Shown: positions 1-10,021, counted from the first letter of the stretch. The stretch: DNA of 64,000 nucleotides from Parcubacteria group bacterium (GCA_943354475.1 CALRBT010000003.1:1208-65207), one strand, 5' to 3'. Made by a program: numbers and translations. Notes: a model not told the origin generated them from the letters alone.

Positions 1-220
1 CCTCGAGATCTTTTTGATATCCCGCGATCTCTTTTTCAAGATCAAGGATTCGTTGACTGCGGTCAGAAATCTTATTTTTAAGCTCATCGATAGTGTTATT
101 CTGGGCAAGTATTGTCGGAGGAGGTACTTGTGCGTAGCTGACAAGTGCCATGCTCAAAGAAAACACGAGAGTTATTAGGATGAATGTACGTGAATAAAAT
201 GTAAGATGATTTCCATGCAT
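1..220 (-). CDS. Partial CDS (N-terminal 73 aa; rest lies beyond the window start): secreted protein with signal peptide and coiled-coil start, possibly a cell-wall hydrolase/activator-like protein
   Basis: Reverse strand reads ATG at ~218-220 then MHGNHLTFYSRTFILITLVFSLSMALVSYAQVPPP...DELKNKISDRSQRILDLEKEIAGYQKDLE with no stop to position 1; hydrophobic signal-like segment then heptad-like coiled coil; AGGA ~10 nt upstream. Not in ORF track because truncated by window edge. Confidence 0.45.
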   Translation of the reverse strand, partial: MHGNHLTFYSRTFILITLVFSLSMALVSYAQVPPPTILAQNNTIDELKNKISDRSQRILDLEKEIAGYQKDLE

Positions 221-224
221 GGAG

Positions 225-1583
225 TTATTCCTTGAGTAGGTTAATTGCAACCTGAAGGCGACTTATTGTTTCGCCCCTACCGATAATCGTGGCGATGGTA
301 AATGGATCAGGAGAGCGATCCTGTCCAGAGAGACAGTAGCGCATAGGATGCATCACCTCTCCCCTACCCACCTCTAGAGAATACGTGTCCACAGCCTCTT
401 TAAGTGCATCTTGAGTAAAAGAATCTAGTGATTTTATTAGAGAAACAAGTTTCTCTAGGTTGGTAATAGTATTTTCGAGTGTTGATTTTTTATAACAAAC
501 TTTCTCTTTTTGAAGGATTGGAGCTCTGAAATAGTACTGGAGTTCACCCTGTTTTGCCATCTCTGCTAGATCACTAAATTTAACAATCCTGTCTTTGAGG
601 ATTGGTTCAAGAAGAGAAAGAAGGTTTGGATTTTTTTGAAAATCCTTATCGTCTGTAATCTCTCCTGGTAGAAATTTAAGAACCATTTCGTGAAAAGCCG
701 AACTCTCCATTTCCTTAATATACTGTTTGTTAATCCAGTTGAGTTTTTCAATATTAAATATGGCACCACTTTTTTGAACTTTCTCAAGACTGAATTGTTC
801 AATGAGCTCTTTCATGCTAAAGATCTCTTGATCAGTACCAGGATTCCAACCCAGAAGCGCCAAAAAATTAACCAATGCTTCGGGGAGGTATCCTTCTTTT
901 CGATAGAATGAAGCGGAAACGAACTCACCATGTTTTCGCTTGGAAAGTTTTGATTTATCCGGAGCCAGAACAAGCGGAAGGTGGGCATAGATTGGCAGAG
1001 GGGCTCCAATAGCTCCTTGTAGAAGAATTTGTCTCGGCGTGTTTGAGATGTGATCCTCAGCACGGATAATGTGCGTGATTCCCATTTCAAAATCATCAAC
1101 AACCACCGCAAAGTGGTAGAGTGGTTCGTTTGCGCTTTTTGCGATAATAAAGTCACCGAGTTCTGTAGTATCAAAGGTTATCTCACCTCGAATGACATCA
1201 CTGAACGTTATTGATTTATTTGGATTACGAAACCTGATTACCTCTGCACGTTGTCCCTCTTCGGCAGTTGCTTCTTTTGAGATATAGGCCAAATCCTTCT
1301 CGATGAGTATGTGGAGATATTTCTTATAAATATCTGTCCGTTTACTTTGATAAAAAATTGGTTCATCGTAAGAAATTGAGAGCCATTTTAAATTTTCAAA
1401 TAAATCCTCAGCGTACTCTTGTTTTGATCGCTCACGATCAGTATCTTCAATCCTTAATACAATGTTACCTTCGTGTTGTTTGGCATACAGAAAGTTGAAC
1501 AGCAGTGTCCGCATAGTACCAATATGCATGAGTCCTGTTGGACTTGGTGGGAAGCGGACAATAATTTTATTTTGATCTGACAT
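225..1583 (-). CDS. gltX: Glutamyl-tRNA synthetase (class I, short non-discriminating-type length)
   Basis: PSPTGLMHIG (HIGH-type motif), KLSKR (KMSKS-type), overall GluRS architecture, 452 aa. Confidence 0.9.
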   Translation of the reverse strand: MSDQNKIIVRFPPSPTGLMHIGTMRTLLFNFLYAKQHEGNIVLRIEDTDRERSKQEYAEDLFENLKWLSISYDEPIFYQSKRTDIYKKYLHILIEKDLAYISKEATAEEGQRAEVIRFRNPNKSITFSDVIRGEITFDTTELGDFIIAKSANEPLYHFAVVVDDFEMGITHIIRAEDHISNTPRQILLQGAIGAPLPIYAHLPLVLAPDKSKLSKRKHGEFVSASFYRKEGYLPEALVNFLALLGWNPGTDQEIFSMKELIEQFSLEKVQKSGAIFNIEKLNWINKQYIKEMESSAFHEMVLKFLPGEITDDKDFQKNPNLLSLLEPILKDRIVKFSDLAEMAKQGELQYYFRAPILQKEKVCYKKSTLENTITNLEKLVSLIKSLDSFTQDALKEAVDTYSLEVGRGEVMHPMRYCLSGQDRSPDPFTIATIIGRGETISRLQVAINLLKE

Positions 1584-1606
1584 AGTATTTGGTAATAGCA
1601 GGAGGT

Positions 1607-2734
1607 TTACTCATGTTTTAAGGCAATTCCGATAATCTCCTTGGCAATCTTGTGGGCGGCATCATCTCGTGAAAAAGTCTTAGCTGCTGCAGCCATTTTG
1701 TCACGAATTATTTTATTTTCCATAATTTTATCGACTTCAGCAGTGAGTATGTGTGGCGTGAGGTTAACCTGTTCGATGACATGTGCGGCACCAGAACGTG
1801 CATAGGAGAAGGCATTTTTCTCTTGGTCGTGACTGATTGAGCTAGGGATTGGAATAACAATTGACGGTTTACCCCAGGTTGAAATCTCAGCGATACTGTT
1901 GGCTCCCGCCCTGGAAACGATGAGGTCAGCAGCGCCGGCAGCCATACGCATGGCGATGTTATTTAAGTAGTCAAATGGTTTATACCTGTTTTTTTGAGGA
2001 TTATTTTCGAGAACAATGAGTGCAAGTTTCTGAACGTCCTCGATACTAGCTTTTCCTGTTTGGTGAATGATTTGGTATTTTCCAATTAAATCTGGCAAGG
2101 CGTCCATTACTACCTGGTTGATTGCACTTGATCCAAGTGATCCCCCAAGGATGAGGATCACAGGAATATCTTTTTCAAGACCTAAAAATTCAATAGCGCC
2201 AGTTGGGGCTAAAATCTTTATCGCAGATCGAACTGGATTACCAGTGATAGCAACCTTATCAGCAGGAAACTTTGCAGCAGCTTCTGGAAATGAGATGGCG
2301 ATACGTTCGGCAAACTTGCCCGCCCAGAGGTTGGCGCGTCCCGGATCGGAGTCTGATTCGTGAATGACAACGGGAATTCTGAACAATCTGGCTGCAAAAA
2401 CTACCGGAACTGAAGGAAAACCTCCCTTACTGAAGACAACGTCAGGATAAATCGAATATACCTTCACAATTGATTGGAGTATCCCCAATGCAGTTTTAAA
2501 AGCATCAGTAATATTTGCAATGGCAAAGTAGCGACGAATCTTACCAACTGATATTTTTTGAAATGAAATATTGTTCTCAAACAGCATCCGGTCGTCATAG
2601 GGAGTACCTGCAATATAGTAGAGCTTCAGCTCCAGAAGCTTTTCATCATTTGCTATCTTGTTTAGTTCTTCGGCGACAGCAATCAGTGGATAGAAATGCC
2701 CACCCGAACCACCACCTGCAAGTAAAATTTTCAT
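1607..2734 (-). CDS. murG: UDP-N-acetylglucosamine--N-acetylmuramyl-(pentapeptide) pyrophosphoryl-undecaprenol GlcNAc transferase
   Basis: N-terminal MKILLAGGGSGGHFYP glycosyltransferase family 28 signature; adjacent to ftsW and mraY. Confidence 0.9.
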   Translation of the reverse strand: MKILLAGGGSGGHFYPLIAVAEELNKIANDEKLLELKLYYIAGTPYDDRMLFENNISFQKISVGKIRRYFAIANITDAFKTALGILQSIVKVYSIYPDVVFSKGGFPSVPVVFAARLFRIPVVIHESDSDPGRANLWAGKFAERIAISFPEAAAKFPADKVAITGNPVRSAIKILAPTGAIEFLGLEKDIPVILILGGSLGSSAINQVVMDALPDLIGKYQIIHQTGKASIEDVQKLALIVLENNPQKNRYKPFDYLNNIAMRMAAGAADLIVSRAGANSIAEISTWGKPSIVIPIPSSISHDQEKNAFSYARSGAAHVIEQVNLTPHILTAEVDKIMENKIIRDKMAAAAKTFSRDDAAHKIAKEIIGIALKHE

Positions 2735-2770
2735 AAATTGAAATTAAATATCGTGTTAGAGATGGTTAGT

Positions 2771-3880
2771 TTAGGAAGTAGAGGCTTTTCTGGCTCTTGA
2801 AATATTAAGTAAAATTCCAACCTCAGCCATAGTAAAGAGAAGAGCACTTCCACCATGACTGACGAAGAGTAGTGGCATCCCCGTTATAGGGAAAATACCG
2901 AGTGTTGAGGCTATGTTTATAAACGATTGAACAACTATCAGTATAACAATTCCGAGCGCCAGCAGTCCACCGAAAAGATCTGGGCTGGCTGCTGCGATAT
3001 GGATACCCCTAATGGCGAAAAACAGAAAAAAGAGGAGGAGTACAATGGAACCAAGAAGTCCCCATTCCTCAGCGTATACGGCAAAAATTGAATCCCCTAT
3101 TGGTTCTGGAAGGAAGTTGAACTTTTGAACACTCTGGCCAAAACCTTTACCTACTAATCCGCCTGAGCCAACTGCAATGAGTGACTGCTGGATTTGATAA
3201 CTCGCTCCAGTTGGATCACGATTTGGATCAAGGAAGGTCATCAAACGGTCCTTTAGATACGGTTTGACCATAATCAGAAGTGCTATGGTTACCAGCCCAA
3301 TTAAAAATAGTCCACCAATATGTTTCCACGGAACTCCAGAGGCGACGAGCATTGCAACCCCCGCTGCGCCAATGACCATAAGTGTCCCAACATCTGGTTG
3401 TTTGATGAGTAAGGCACCGCAAAGACCTAGAATGACGGCGAAAGGAATAATCCCCTGCTTTATATTGGTAACCTTATCTTTTACACCCGAAATCCAAGCA
3501 GCAAAAAAAACGACAAAGCCAAATTTTAAAAGTTCCGCAGGTTGAAATGTGAGTGGACCTAGGTGCAACCATCTCGTCGCTCCTCCGTGAGTAAAGCCAA
3601 GTTTTGGAATGAACACCATCGCCGTAACTACGAGCGAAAAGATAAAGATATAGAGAGCGTATTTTCTAAAGAAACGATATGGAATCCTTGAGAAAGCATA
3701 GAGAACGATAGACCCAAGCACAACGCCGATAAGAAGTTGTTTAAGTAAAACTCTTTCAAAGGTAGCTCCGGATTCTCTTGCTAGAAGTCCCATTGAAGCT
3801 GAAGCAAAGATGAAAAAACCTACCAGAACCAATATGATTACTGAAATGAGGAATATTTTGTCAAACGGCTTTGTGCGCAT
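2771..3880 (-). CDS. ftsW: SEDS-family peptidoglycan glycosyltransferase (FtsW/RodA)
   Basis: Polytopic membrane protein with FtsW/RodA-like conserved blocks, located between murG and mraY as in dcw clusters. Confidence 0.8.
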   Translation of the reverse strand: MRTKPFDKIFLISVIILVLVGFFIFASASMGLLARESGATFERVLLKQLLIGVVLGSIVLYAFSRIPYRFFRKYALYIFIFSLVVTAMVFIPKLGFTHGGATRWLHLGPLTFQPAELLKFGFVVFFAAWISGVKDKVTNIKQGIIPFAVILGLCGALLIKQPDVGTLMVIGAAGVAMLVASGVPWKHIGGLFLIGLVTIALLIMVKPYLKDRLMTFLDPNRDPTGASYQIQQSLIAVGSGGLVGKGFGQSVQKFNFLPEPIGDSIFAVYAEEWGLLGSIVLLLFFLFFAIRGIHIAAASPDLFGGLLALGIVILIVVQSFINIASTLGIFPITGMPLLFVSHGGSALLFTMAEVGILLNISRARKASTS

Positions 3881-3899
3881 GACATAATTCTAACACATT

Positions 3900-4979
3900 T
3901 TACTTCCCGATAACTGCAATAATAAGCCCAAGAAGTGCAAAAATAATTCCAACAATCCAGAAACGCATCGTTACTTTATATCCAGGCCAACCAATTGCTT
4001 GGAAGTGGTTGTGGAGTGGTGCAACGACAAACACTTTCTTACCACTTCGTAGACGTTTGGATCCAATTTGAAGAATGGCTGAGAGTGTCGTAACAACAAG
4101 AGGAAAGGCAATGAGTGGAAGAACAAGCACTCCATGTCCCCCACCGAGTGAGTCAGTCATAAAGGCAACAATGGTAAGAGCGATGGTGAGACCCATCGTC
4201 CCCGTCTCTGAAAGATAAAACCTGGCTGGGGGGATGTTAAACCAAAGAAATGCGAGCAATGACCCAGCGATGACTCCACAGAATGTGGCGAGGTCTAATT
4301 GCTGTTGGTAGAAGGCAATTCCTGCGTATGCAGAGAAAATAACAGTAAAAATACCTCCAGCAAGTCCATCGATTCCATCTATAATTCCACCTGAATAAAT
4401 GGCAATGGCAACAAGCACAAAAAATGGAATGAACAAAAACCCTAACTCAATTACTCCACCGTAGAGGAGGTTAATACTTGAGACATCTAGTTTGAAGTAA
4501 AACCAGAGCGCACAGAGTAACGAGACGAGTGCGACGATAGAGAGTCGTTTCCGCAAAGAAAGTCCTCCTGCTATATGGGTTCCACCACCACGAACAGAGT
4601 AGAAATCATCAAGTAGTCCAACGAGTGACCCAATAATCATTGCACAAAGGGGAATCCATGTTTGATTACGACTAAGAAAATCAAACTTCATGAACAGCTC
4701 TATCGGAAATATTTTTGCCAGCGAAAAGAAAAACAACGTGGTAATTAAAACACTTACCCAAACAAGTATTCCACCCATTCTCGGTGTTTTCTTTGCCTCA
4801 TCGTTGTGAAGTTTGTTTGATATTGTTGCTTCCCTACCATCAAGTGTCATTTTGACACTCTCTTTTTTCCACAATTTATATTTATACAAATAGTGGGTAA
4901 GGAGGGGTGCCAAAGCTAAACCTAGGAAAAAAGCAAAAGAGGTGGGTACAATAATTTTGACAATATCTGCGATAATCAT
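3900..4979 (-). CDS. mraY: Phospho-N-acetylmuramoyl-pentapeptide transferase
   Basis: Polytopic membrane protein with DGIDGLAGG and NxxNxxDGIDGL-type MraY motifs. Confidence 0.9.
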   Translation of the reverse strand: MIIADIVKIIVPTSFAFFLGLALAPLLTHYLYKYKLWKKESVKMTLDGREATISNKLHNDEAKKTPRMGGILVWVSVLITTLFFFSLAKIFPIELFMKFDFLSRNQTWIPLCAMIIGSLVGLLDDFYSVRGGGTHIAGGLSLRKRLSIVALVSLLCALWFYFKLDVSSINLLYGGVIELGFLFIPFFVLVAIAIYSGGIIDGIDGLAGGIFTVIFSAYAGIAFYQQQLDLATFCGVIAGSLLAFLWFNIPPARFYLSETGTMGLTIALTIVAFMTDSLGGGHGVLVLPLIAFPLVVTTLSAILQIGSKRLRSGKKVFVVAPLHNHFQAIGWPGYKVTMRFWIVGIIFALLGLIIAVIGK

Positions 4980-5000
4980 AGCTGGTAAAGTATATCTTAG

Positions 5001-6062
5001 TTATGGCTTCAAATTAAGTGTTTCAGTTGCTGTCTTTATGAGCTTTTTCACATCATCAAACCTTCCTTGTTCTGTAGAACCAAGAACTACAATAATTATT
5101 GGATGAGCAAGACCAGCATCAACTACCATTGCCAGATTTCCACCTGCAAGTGGGGTGAGACCTGTCTTGGAAGCGAGGACCCGGGGAGTCTCTGAAATAA
5201 TAGCATTCGTGTTTACTGCTTTGCGCAAATTATTATTTATCGTACCAACTGAAGCGTCTTTGTATGAGGTTGGTTCAACGATTGAGGGGTGACGTATAAG
5301 GATATATTCAAAAAGCGTTGCGACGTCTTTGGCAGAACCGTAGGCACCTGCTTTAGTCTCACTTATATCAAGTCCCGTTTCGTTAAGAAAGTAGGTTTGA
5401 TGCAGACTTAATTCTTTTGCCACGGTGTTCATTTGCTCTAGAAATGGTGTCGTCGTAGAAGAGCCGTTGTCTTTTAGTTGGATACCGGAGCCGAGAGCTG
5501 CAATAATGCCCGCACCCCCATTTGATGAAACCGATAGTGTGTAGCCAATAAGATCATGTAACTTTAAACGATCCCCTCCTTGGATCCCAGAGGCAACGCC
5601 AGATTTCTTATCCTTTTCCACTGATGATTGTGGAATCGTAACAATGGTTGATTCGGGAACACTTTCTGCGATGACCAATGCAGTCATAACTTTGGTGAGT
5701 GATGCTAGCGGTAGTTGCGCCTCTTCATTTTTTGCAAAGAGAATTTTTCTATCGTTTACGTCATAGACATATACTGCTTTTGCTTGCAGGGATAGACCTA
5801 AAAACTGATCAAAGTGGGTACCTATGGTAATGGGTTTAATGGTTGAAACAATAGAGTTCTCATCCTGAACATGTCTTACGGTAAATATGGCTACACCGAC
5901 GAGCAATGCCATAAGAAGAAGGGAGAGTGTCGTGGGGATAATGTGCAGAGACTTTACGGTCAATTTATTCGGATTAGTATCGTCAGGTAAAGGCGTTTGG
6001 TCGGTTATTTCTTTTTGAAGTTCATTTTGATTGTCCATATGGTGACTATTTGAACGGTTCAT
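5001..6062 (-). CDS. D-alanyl-D-alanine carboxypeptidase (PBP5/6-like serine peptidase S11), N-terminally membrane-anchored
   Basis: SxxK (ASLTKVMT), SxN (SSNGG) and KTG (ASKTGLT) motifs; N-terminal TM segment after a polar leader. Confidence 0.8.
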   Translation of the reverse strand: MNRSNSHHMDNQNELQKEITDQTPLPDDTNPNKLTVKSLHIIPTTLSLLLMALLVGVAIFTVRHVQDENSIVSTIKPITIGTHFDQFLGLSLQAKAVYVYDVNDRKILFAKNEEAQLPLASLTKVMTALVIAESVPESTIVTIPQSSVEKDKKSGVASGIQGGDRLKLHDLIGYTLSVSSNGGAGIIAALGSGIQLKDNGSSTTTPFLEQMNTVAKELSLHQTYFLNETGLDISETKAGAYGSAKDVATLFEYILIRHPSIVEPTSYKDASVGTINNNLRKAVNTNAIISETPRVLASKTGLTPLAGGNLAMVVDAGLAHPIIIVVLGSTEQGRFDDVKKLIKTATETLNLKP

Positions 6063-6636
6063 TCTCAGGCTCAGGACCGGAGGCTTTTACAAGTTTTTGA
6101 TGGATTTGGCTATATTCAGGCATAGCCTCAAAGGAGTCAACTCCAAGATGTCTCTGTAAATCAACCGTTGGTTTGTAGAGAAATCCTCGTCCGTCATTTG
6201 GGTTTTCAACTCGTTCGATGAGTCCACGGATGGAAAGGGAGCGAAGGATAAAGTTTGATTGTACTCCCCTGATGTATTCAATCTCTGATCTCGCAATTGG
6301 TCCACGATAGAGAATAATCGCTAACGTTTCAAGGGAAGCCTTACTTAAGTCACGATCGAGTTCTTCTTTTGAAAGTTTTGCAATTTCCTCAGAAATACCA
6401 GGTCCGGTCGCAAGTGCAACCTCGCCTTGGTTTCTAATGAGGATGAGTCCTCGATCAACCAATTTGTTTTCAAGAACAGCCAGCTCTTCGAGGATGAGGG
6501 ATTCTGTGGTACTCAAAATCTTTGCCAACATTGAGATGCTCGTTGGTTCACCTTTGTAAAATAAGATTGCTTCGATTTTGGAATCTAGTGTCATAGTAAA
6601 ACCTAATCTCAGACTAACTATATCTTGGAACCCCAA
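6046..6636 (-). CDS. scpB: Segregation and condensation protein B
   Basis: ScpB winged-helix blocks (IEAILFYKGEP..., GPIARSEIEYIRGV), overlaps scpA stop and downstream gene. Confidence 0.8.
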   Translation of the reverse strand: MGFQDIVSLRLGFTMTLDSKIEAILFYKGEPTSISMLAKILSTTESLILEELAVLENKLVDRGLILIRNQGEVALATGPGISEEIAKLSKEELDRDLSKASLETLAIILYRGPIARSEIEYIRGVQSNFILRSLSIRGLIERVENPNDGRGFLYKPTVDLQRHLGVDSFEAMPEYSQIHQKLVKASGPEPENEPFK

Positions 6637-7351
6637 CTTCTTCGGTTTCTATTTCAATATCAGAAAAATTATCTTGCTGAGTGACCTGTATCATACCACG
6701 CTTTACCAGCTCGAGCATTGCTAAAAATGTAATAATCACCTCAACTTTTTCAGCTTTGCCTCCTCCTCGTTTTGAAAATTCATTGAAGCTAAGCTTGAGT
6801 GTACTTTTTACCCGACTGATCAAACTTTCAACCACTTCTTCGAGACTGATGACTTTTCGGACGATTGCTTTCGGAGTTATTTCTTTAATCGGAAGCATTT
6901 CGAGCACTCGTTTTACATGCTCGTAAAGTTTAGAAGTGTTCGTGTTTTTATCTGGAGTAAAAATTGGAGCCGTGATTTTCGAGGGAGTTTTGAAATACAG
7001 TACAGAAGCACCAAATCTCTCTTGAATATGAACACTAAGACATCTGGTCTCTTCTAATAATTTCAACCTATCTTCAAGATCGTGAATATCCTCCTCCTCT
7101 TCTTTTGAAAGCTCTATTCCAGGAAGTAGGGAGCGCGATTTTATCAGAAGAAGTGTTGAGGCGATGAGGATGAATTCGGCAGTATCTTTAATAGGAAAAT
7201 CACCTTGGTTCTCAAGAAATGCGATGTAGTCATCAGTAATTTGCGCAAGTGCAATATCGTTGATCTGGAGTTTACGTTTCTCAATCAAGTCGAGCAGAAG
7301 GTCGAGTGGTCCTTCAAATGATGTTTGTTTGACTTGATATGTTCCCTCCAT
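6614..7351 (-). CDS. scpA: Segregation and condensation protein A
   Basis: FEGPLDLLLDLIEKRKLQINDIALAQITDDYIAF is the ScpA N-terminal signature. Confidence 0.8.
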   Translation of the reverse strand: MEGTYQVKQTSFEGPLDLLLDLIEKRKLQINDIALAQITDDYIAFLENQGDFPIKDTAEFILIASTLLLIKSRSLLPGIELSKEEEEDIHDLEDRLKLLEETRCLSVHIQERFGASVLYFKTPSKITAPIFTPDKNTNTSKLYEHVKRVLEMLPIKEITPKAIVRKVISLEEVVESLISRVKSTLKLSFNEFSKRGGGKAEKVEVIITFLAMLELVKRGMIQVTQQDNFSDIEIETEEVGVPRYS

Positions 7352-7356
7352 AAAAT

Positions 7357-8772
7357 TTAATACTGCTCAATCAGCTTAAACAGGAATCGAGTAGGTGCAC
7401 CTGTCGCTCCTTTGGCAAGAAACTCCCCTGCCCTGGCCGTCATGACTGGCGCCATATCAATGTGGACCCAGGGGTATTCGGGAATTCCTTTGGTATCTTT
7501 AACAAATTGATACAAGAACATTGCGCCCATAATCGCTCCGGCATAACGCGTGTTACCTGACGATGGAATGTTGGCTACATCTCCAAAGGTTCCTTTGGTG
7601 AATTCTTCGTATTCATCCCAGAGTGGCAGTGGCCACTGATAATCCCCCGATTCTTCGCCAAGTTTTTGGAATAAGTCGGTGAGTTTTGAATCCTTTGAAC
7701 AAATCGCTGAAGCAATTTCACCCAAGGTGCCGAGTGCCGAGCCGGTAAGGGTTGCAACATCAACCACGAGTCTGGGTCTATACTTTTTTGCGTACTCAAG
7801 TGCGTCAGCGAGAATAATTCTTCCTTCGGCATCAGTATCAAGCACTTCGATTGTCTTGCCTGACATTGAGGTGAGGATGTCTCCTGGCCGATAGCTTGAG
7901 CCTGAGACAGAATTTTCAACTGCCGGAATGAGTCCGACCACATTTTTTTTGAGTTTATATTTTGCTACTAGTGCGAGGGTGTGGATGACTGCTGCCCCTC
8001 CAGACATGTCCATATGCATTTCGTAGATTGAGTTTGTGGGTTTGAGATTAAGCCCCCCTGTATCAAAGGTGACCCCTTTACCAGCCAGCACAACAGGCGC
8101 TTCATTTTTAGGACCCCCAAAGTACTCGATAATGATGAATTTGGGCTCCTCCTCGGCTCCTTTTCCAACGCCCAAAATAGCCCCCATTTTAAGCTTTTGC
8201 ATCTCTTTGACTCCCAATACTTTTACTGTGGCTTTGGTGCCTTTTAGGGCGATTTTGGCCGAATTTGCAAGGGTTGTTGGGGTCATATCGCCACCTGGAG
8301 TATTGCAGAGTTCCCGACATTGATTAACTTCGTGGGCGATCATCTGCCCTTTCTTGAATCCTTCGATCATTTCATCTGGAGTCTTTCCGCAAATGAGTAC
8401 TTCTTCAAGATTACTCCAGCCTTCTTTTGGGGTTGTTTTGTAGGCGGTATGTTCGTAGTTTGCCATCTCGAACGCCTGGGCAATCGTGGAGCCAAACTCA
8501 GGTAAGAGTATTTCAGATAATTGAGGAAATGGACTTTCGCTCAGCTGTACGGCAATCTTTTTAAACTTGTTCTTTTTTGCTTCAGCAATAATGGAGCGGC
8601 ACAGCAGAATAAATTTTCGCTGATTTACTTCACTCCATTTCTTTGAGCCAATTTCAAGTGTTTGGGTGTCGTTTTCTATAACAAGTTTTGTTTGACCATC
8701 TGCAACAATCCGTACGCGAACGTATTCTTTTGGCGCTTGGTCGATTGGTTTTTGAGTAAAGGTAAATTTCAT
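7357..8772 (-). CDS. pepA: Leucyl aminopeptidase (M17)
   Basis: NTDAEGR-type motif (VLDTDAEGRIILADAL), M17 catalytic domain. Start refined to internal ATG at 8770-8772 (MKFTFTQKP...); track start 8874 is a TTG that overlaps the divergent receiver gene. Confidence 0.85.
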   Translation of the reverse strand: MKFTFTQKPIDQAPKEYVRVRIVADGQTKLVIENDTQTLEIGSKKWSEVNQRKFILLCRSIIAEAKKNKFKKIAVQLSESPFPQLSEILLPEFGSTIAQAFEMANYEHTAYKTTPKEGWSNLEEVLICGKTPDEMIEGFKKGQMIAHEVNQCRELCNTPGGDMTPTTLANSAKIALKGTKATVKVLGVKEMQKLKMGAILGVGKGAEEEPKFIIIEYFGGPKNEAPVVLAGKGVTFDTGGLNLKPTNSIYEMHMDMSGGAAVIHTLALVAKYKLKKNVVGLIPAVENSVSGSSYRPGDILTSMSGKTIEVLDTDAEGRIILADALEYAKKYRPRLVVDVATLTGSALGTLGEIASAICSKDSKLTDLFQKLGEESGDYQWPLPLWDEYEEFTKGTFGDVANIPSSGNTRYAGAIMGAMFLYQFVKDTKGIPEYPWVHIDMAPVMTARAGEFLAKGATGAPTRFLFKLIEQY

Positions 8773-8800
8773 GTAAGCAGTATACGCCAAATAAGCTTTT

Positions 8801-8829
8801 TTGACAAAATATAAAAATAAAGTTATAAA
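8801..8829 (+). promoter_or_regulatory. Sigma70-like promoter for the plus-strand receiver gene (TTGACA-17 nt-TATAAA)
   Basis: TTGACA at ~8801-8806, 17-nt AT-rich spacer, TATAAA at ~8824-8829, ~38 nt upstream of ATG 8868. Confidence 0.5.
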
Positions 8830-8867
8830 GAAAACTAGAGACCCTGAGATGAAGAGGATAACGAGAT

Positions 8868-9251
8868 ATGGCAATCGACAAGTCCGTGAACATCCTGATC
8901 GTCGACAACTACAAGACCATACTGCGGATCATCTGCAACCTTCTGAAGCAGATCGAGTTCAACAATGTCGAGGAAGCGACCGATGGAGACGAAGCGCTGT
9001 CCAAGCTACGCTCTGGCAATTTCGGTCTGGTGATCAGCGAATGGAAGATGTCGCCAATGACCGGGTTGCGGTTGCTGAAGGAAGTCCGGGCTGATACCAA
9101 ACTGAAGGGCTTACCCTTCATTATGGTAAGTGGCGAAGGGGGGATCGAAAGGGTCGTCGTGGCCACGCAGGCAGGTGCATCAGGCTTCCTTGGCAAACCA
9201 TTCAACATTGAGACATTGAAGTTGGCAATCGAAAGGTGTTGCCGTACATAA
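8868..9251 (+). CDS. Stand-alone CheY-like receiver domain, atypical (Glu at phosphoacceptor position), GC-rich
   Basis: Receiver fold with DN instead of DD (res 13-14), LVISEWKMSPMTG (E58 where D57 is expected), S88 and K110 conserved; ~50-55% GC versus ~38-40% surroundings; own promoter and terminator. Confidence 0.85.
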   Translation: MAIDKSVNILIVDNYKTILRIICNLLKQIEFNNVEEATDGDEALSKLRSGNFGLVISEWKMSPMTGLRLLKEVRADTKLKGLPFIMVSGEGGIERVVVATQAGASGFLGKPFNIETLKLAIERCCRT

Positions 9252-9261
9252 GTCTTGAAAC

Positions 9262-9305
9262 AACCCGCCGCGCTGGCTTGCCAGCGCGGCGGTTAGTTAT
9301 TTAAT
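9262..9305 (+). terminator. Rho-independent terminator (GC-rich ~13 bp stem + T-tract)
   Basis: cccgccgcgctggc-ttg-gccagcgcggcgg followed by ttagttatttaattt immediately after the receiver stop codon. Confidence 0.7.
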
Positions 9306-9387
9306 TTATAATTCTAAGTATTCATTAGATCTGGTTATGGTAGTCATCTTTTAGTATATGGAGTTTGTTCAAGTAGTGATAGTATAG

Positions 9388-9885
9388 TTGAGTAACCTTT
9401 GTATGGATTCTGAAACACGAATTTCACTTGAAGAATTTATTAAAAAAGTTCCGCACTCTCGGATGGTGTATCCAGAGTCACTTTACGACCGCTTTAAGTA
9501 TGTTTTTTGGCGATTATACACGCCATATCACCCCCTAGTTAGAGATACGGCGCTTATTTTGGGTATTGTAGAGCATCGTGGGAGGCAGGACTTCGTGTTG
9601 GGTAAAGTGACTCCTGATTTGTCAGTAGAGGAGTTTATTAATTTCGTAATAGGTCTCGGTTTTAAAAACCATTTTATTGCCTGGAAAGACACGGACGAAC
9701 TCGTAAGTCTTCGCTATGCGAAAAACTTTGTCTACCAATATCATCTTCGGGTATATAAAGACGGGGAAGTGCGTGGCCACTATGAATATACACCTGAATG
9801 TCGCCCAATTTATCATATGCGGGAAGTAGGAATGGAAGATCGTCGTGACGAGTTTCTCAAGTTTTTACAAGGCAAAATTGTTTAG
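9388..9885 (+). CDS. Hypothetical protein (165 aa)
   Basis: Intact ORF with low GC, no recognisable motif. Confidence 0.45.
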   Translation: MSNLCMDSETRISLEEFIKKVPHSRMVYPESLYDRFKYVFWRLYTPYHPLVRDTALILGIVEHRGRQDFVLGKVTPDLSVEEFINFVIGLGFKNHFIAWKDTDELVSLRYAKNFVYQYHLRVYKDGEVRGHYEYTPECRPIYHMREVGMEDRRDEFLKFLQGKIV

Positions 9886-10021
9886 TGATTTTTTTGGCCA
9901 ATAAATACACGCCAAGGGAGTGACTGATAATGTGCAATAAAATATCTCTTTTTAGAGACTTTTTTAGTTTTACTTTAATTTACTTTTTTAACTTCAATCC
10001 TTAACTCTTTCAATATTTGAG

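Noticed and set aside
566-1174. Several 70-120-aa ORFs on both strands inside gltX (566-802, 690-911, 812-1174) and similar nested ORFs inside dnaK, alaS, leuS and the fibre gene
   Set aside because: All nested within or antisense to strongly supported genes; low-complexity translations; typical AT-rich-genome antisense ORFs.
7357-8874. Long form of pepA with a 34-aa hydrophobic N-terminal extension
   Set aside because: The extension starts at a TTG that overlaps the start of the divergent receiver gene and its promoter; M17 aminopeptidases are cytosolic; internal ATG at 8770-8772 gives a standard N-terminus.
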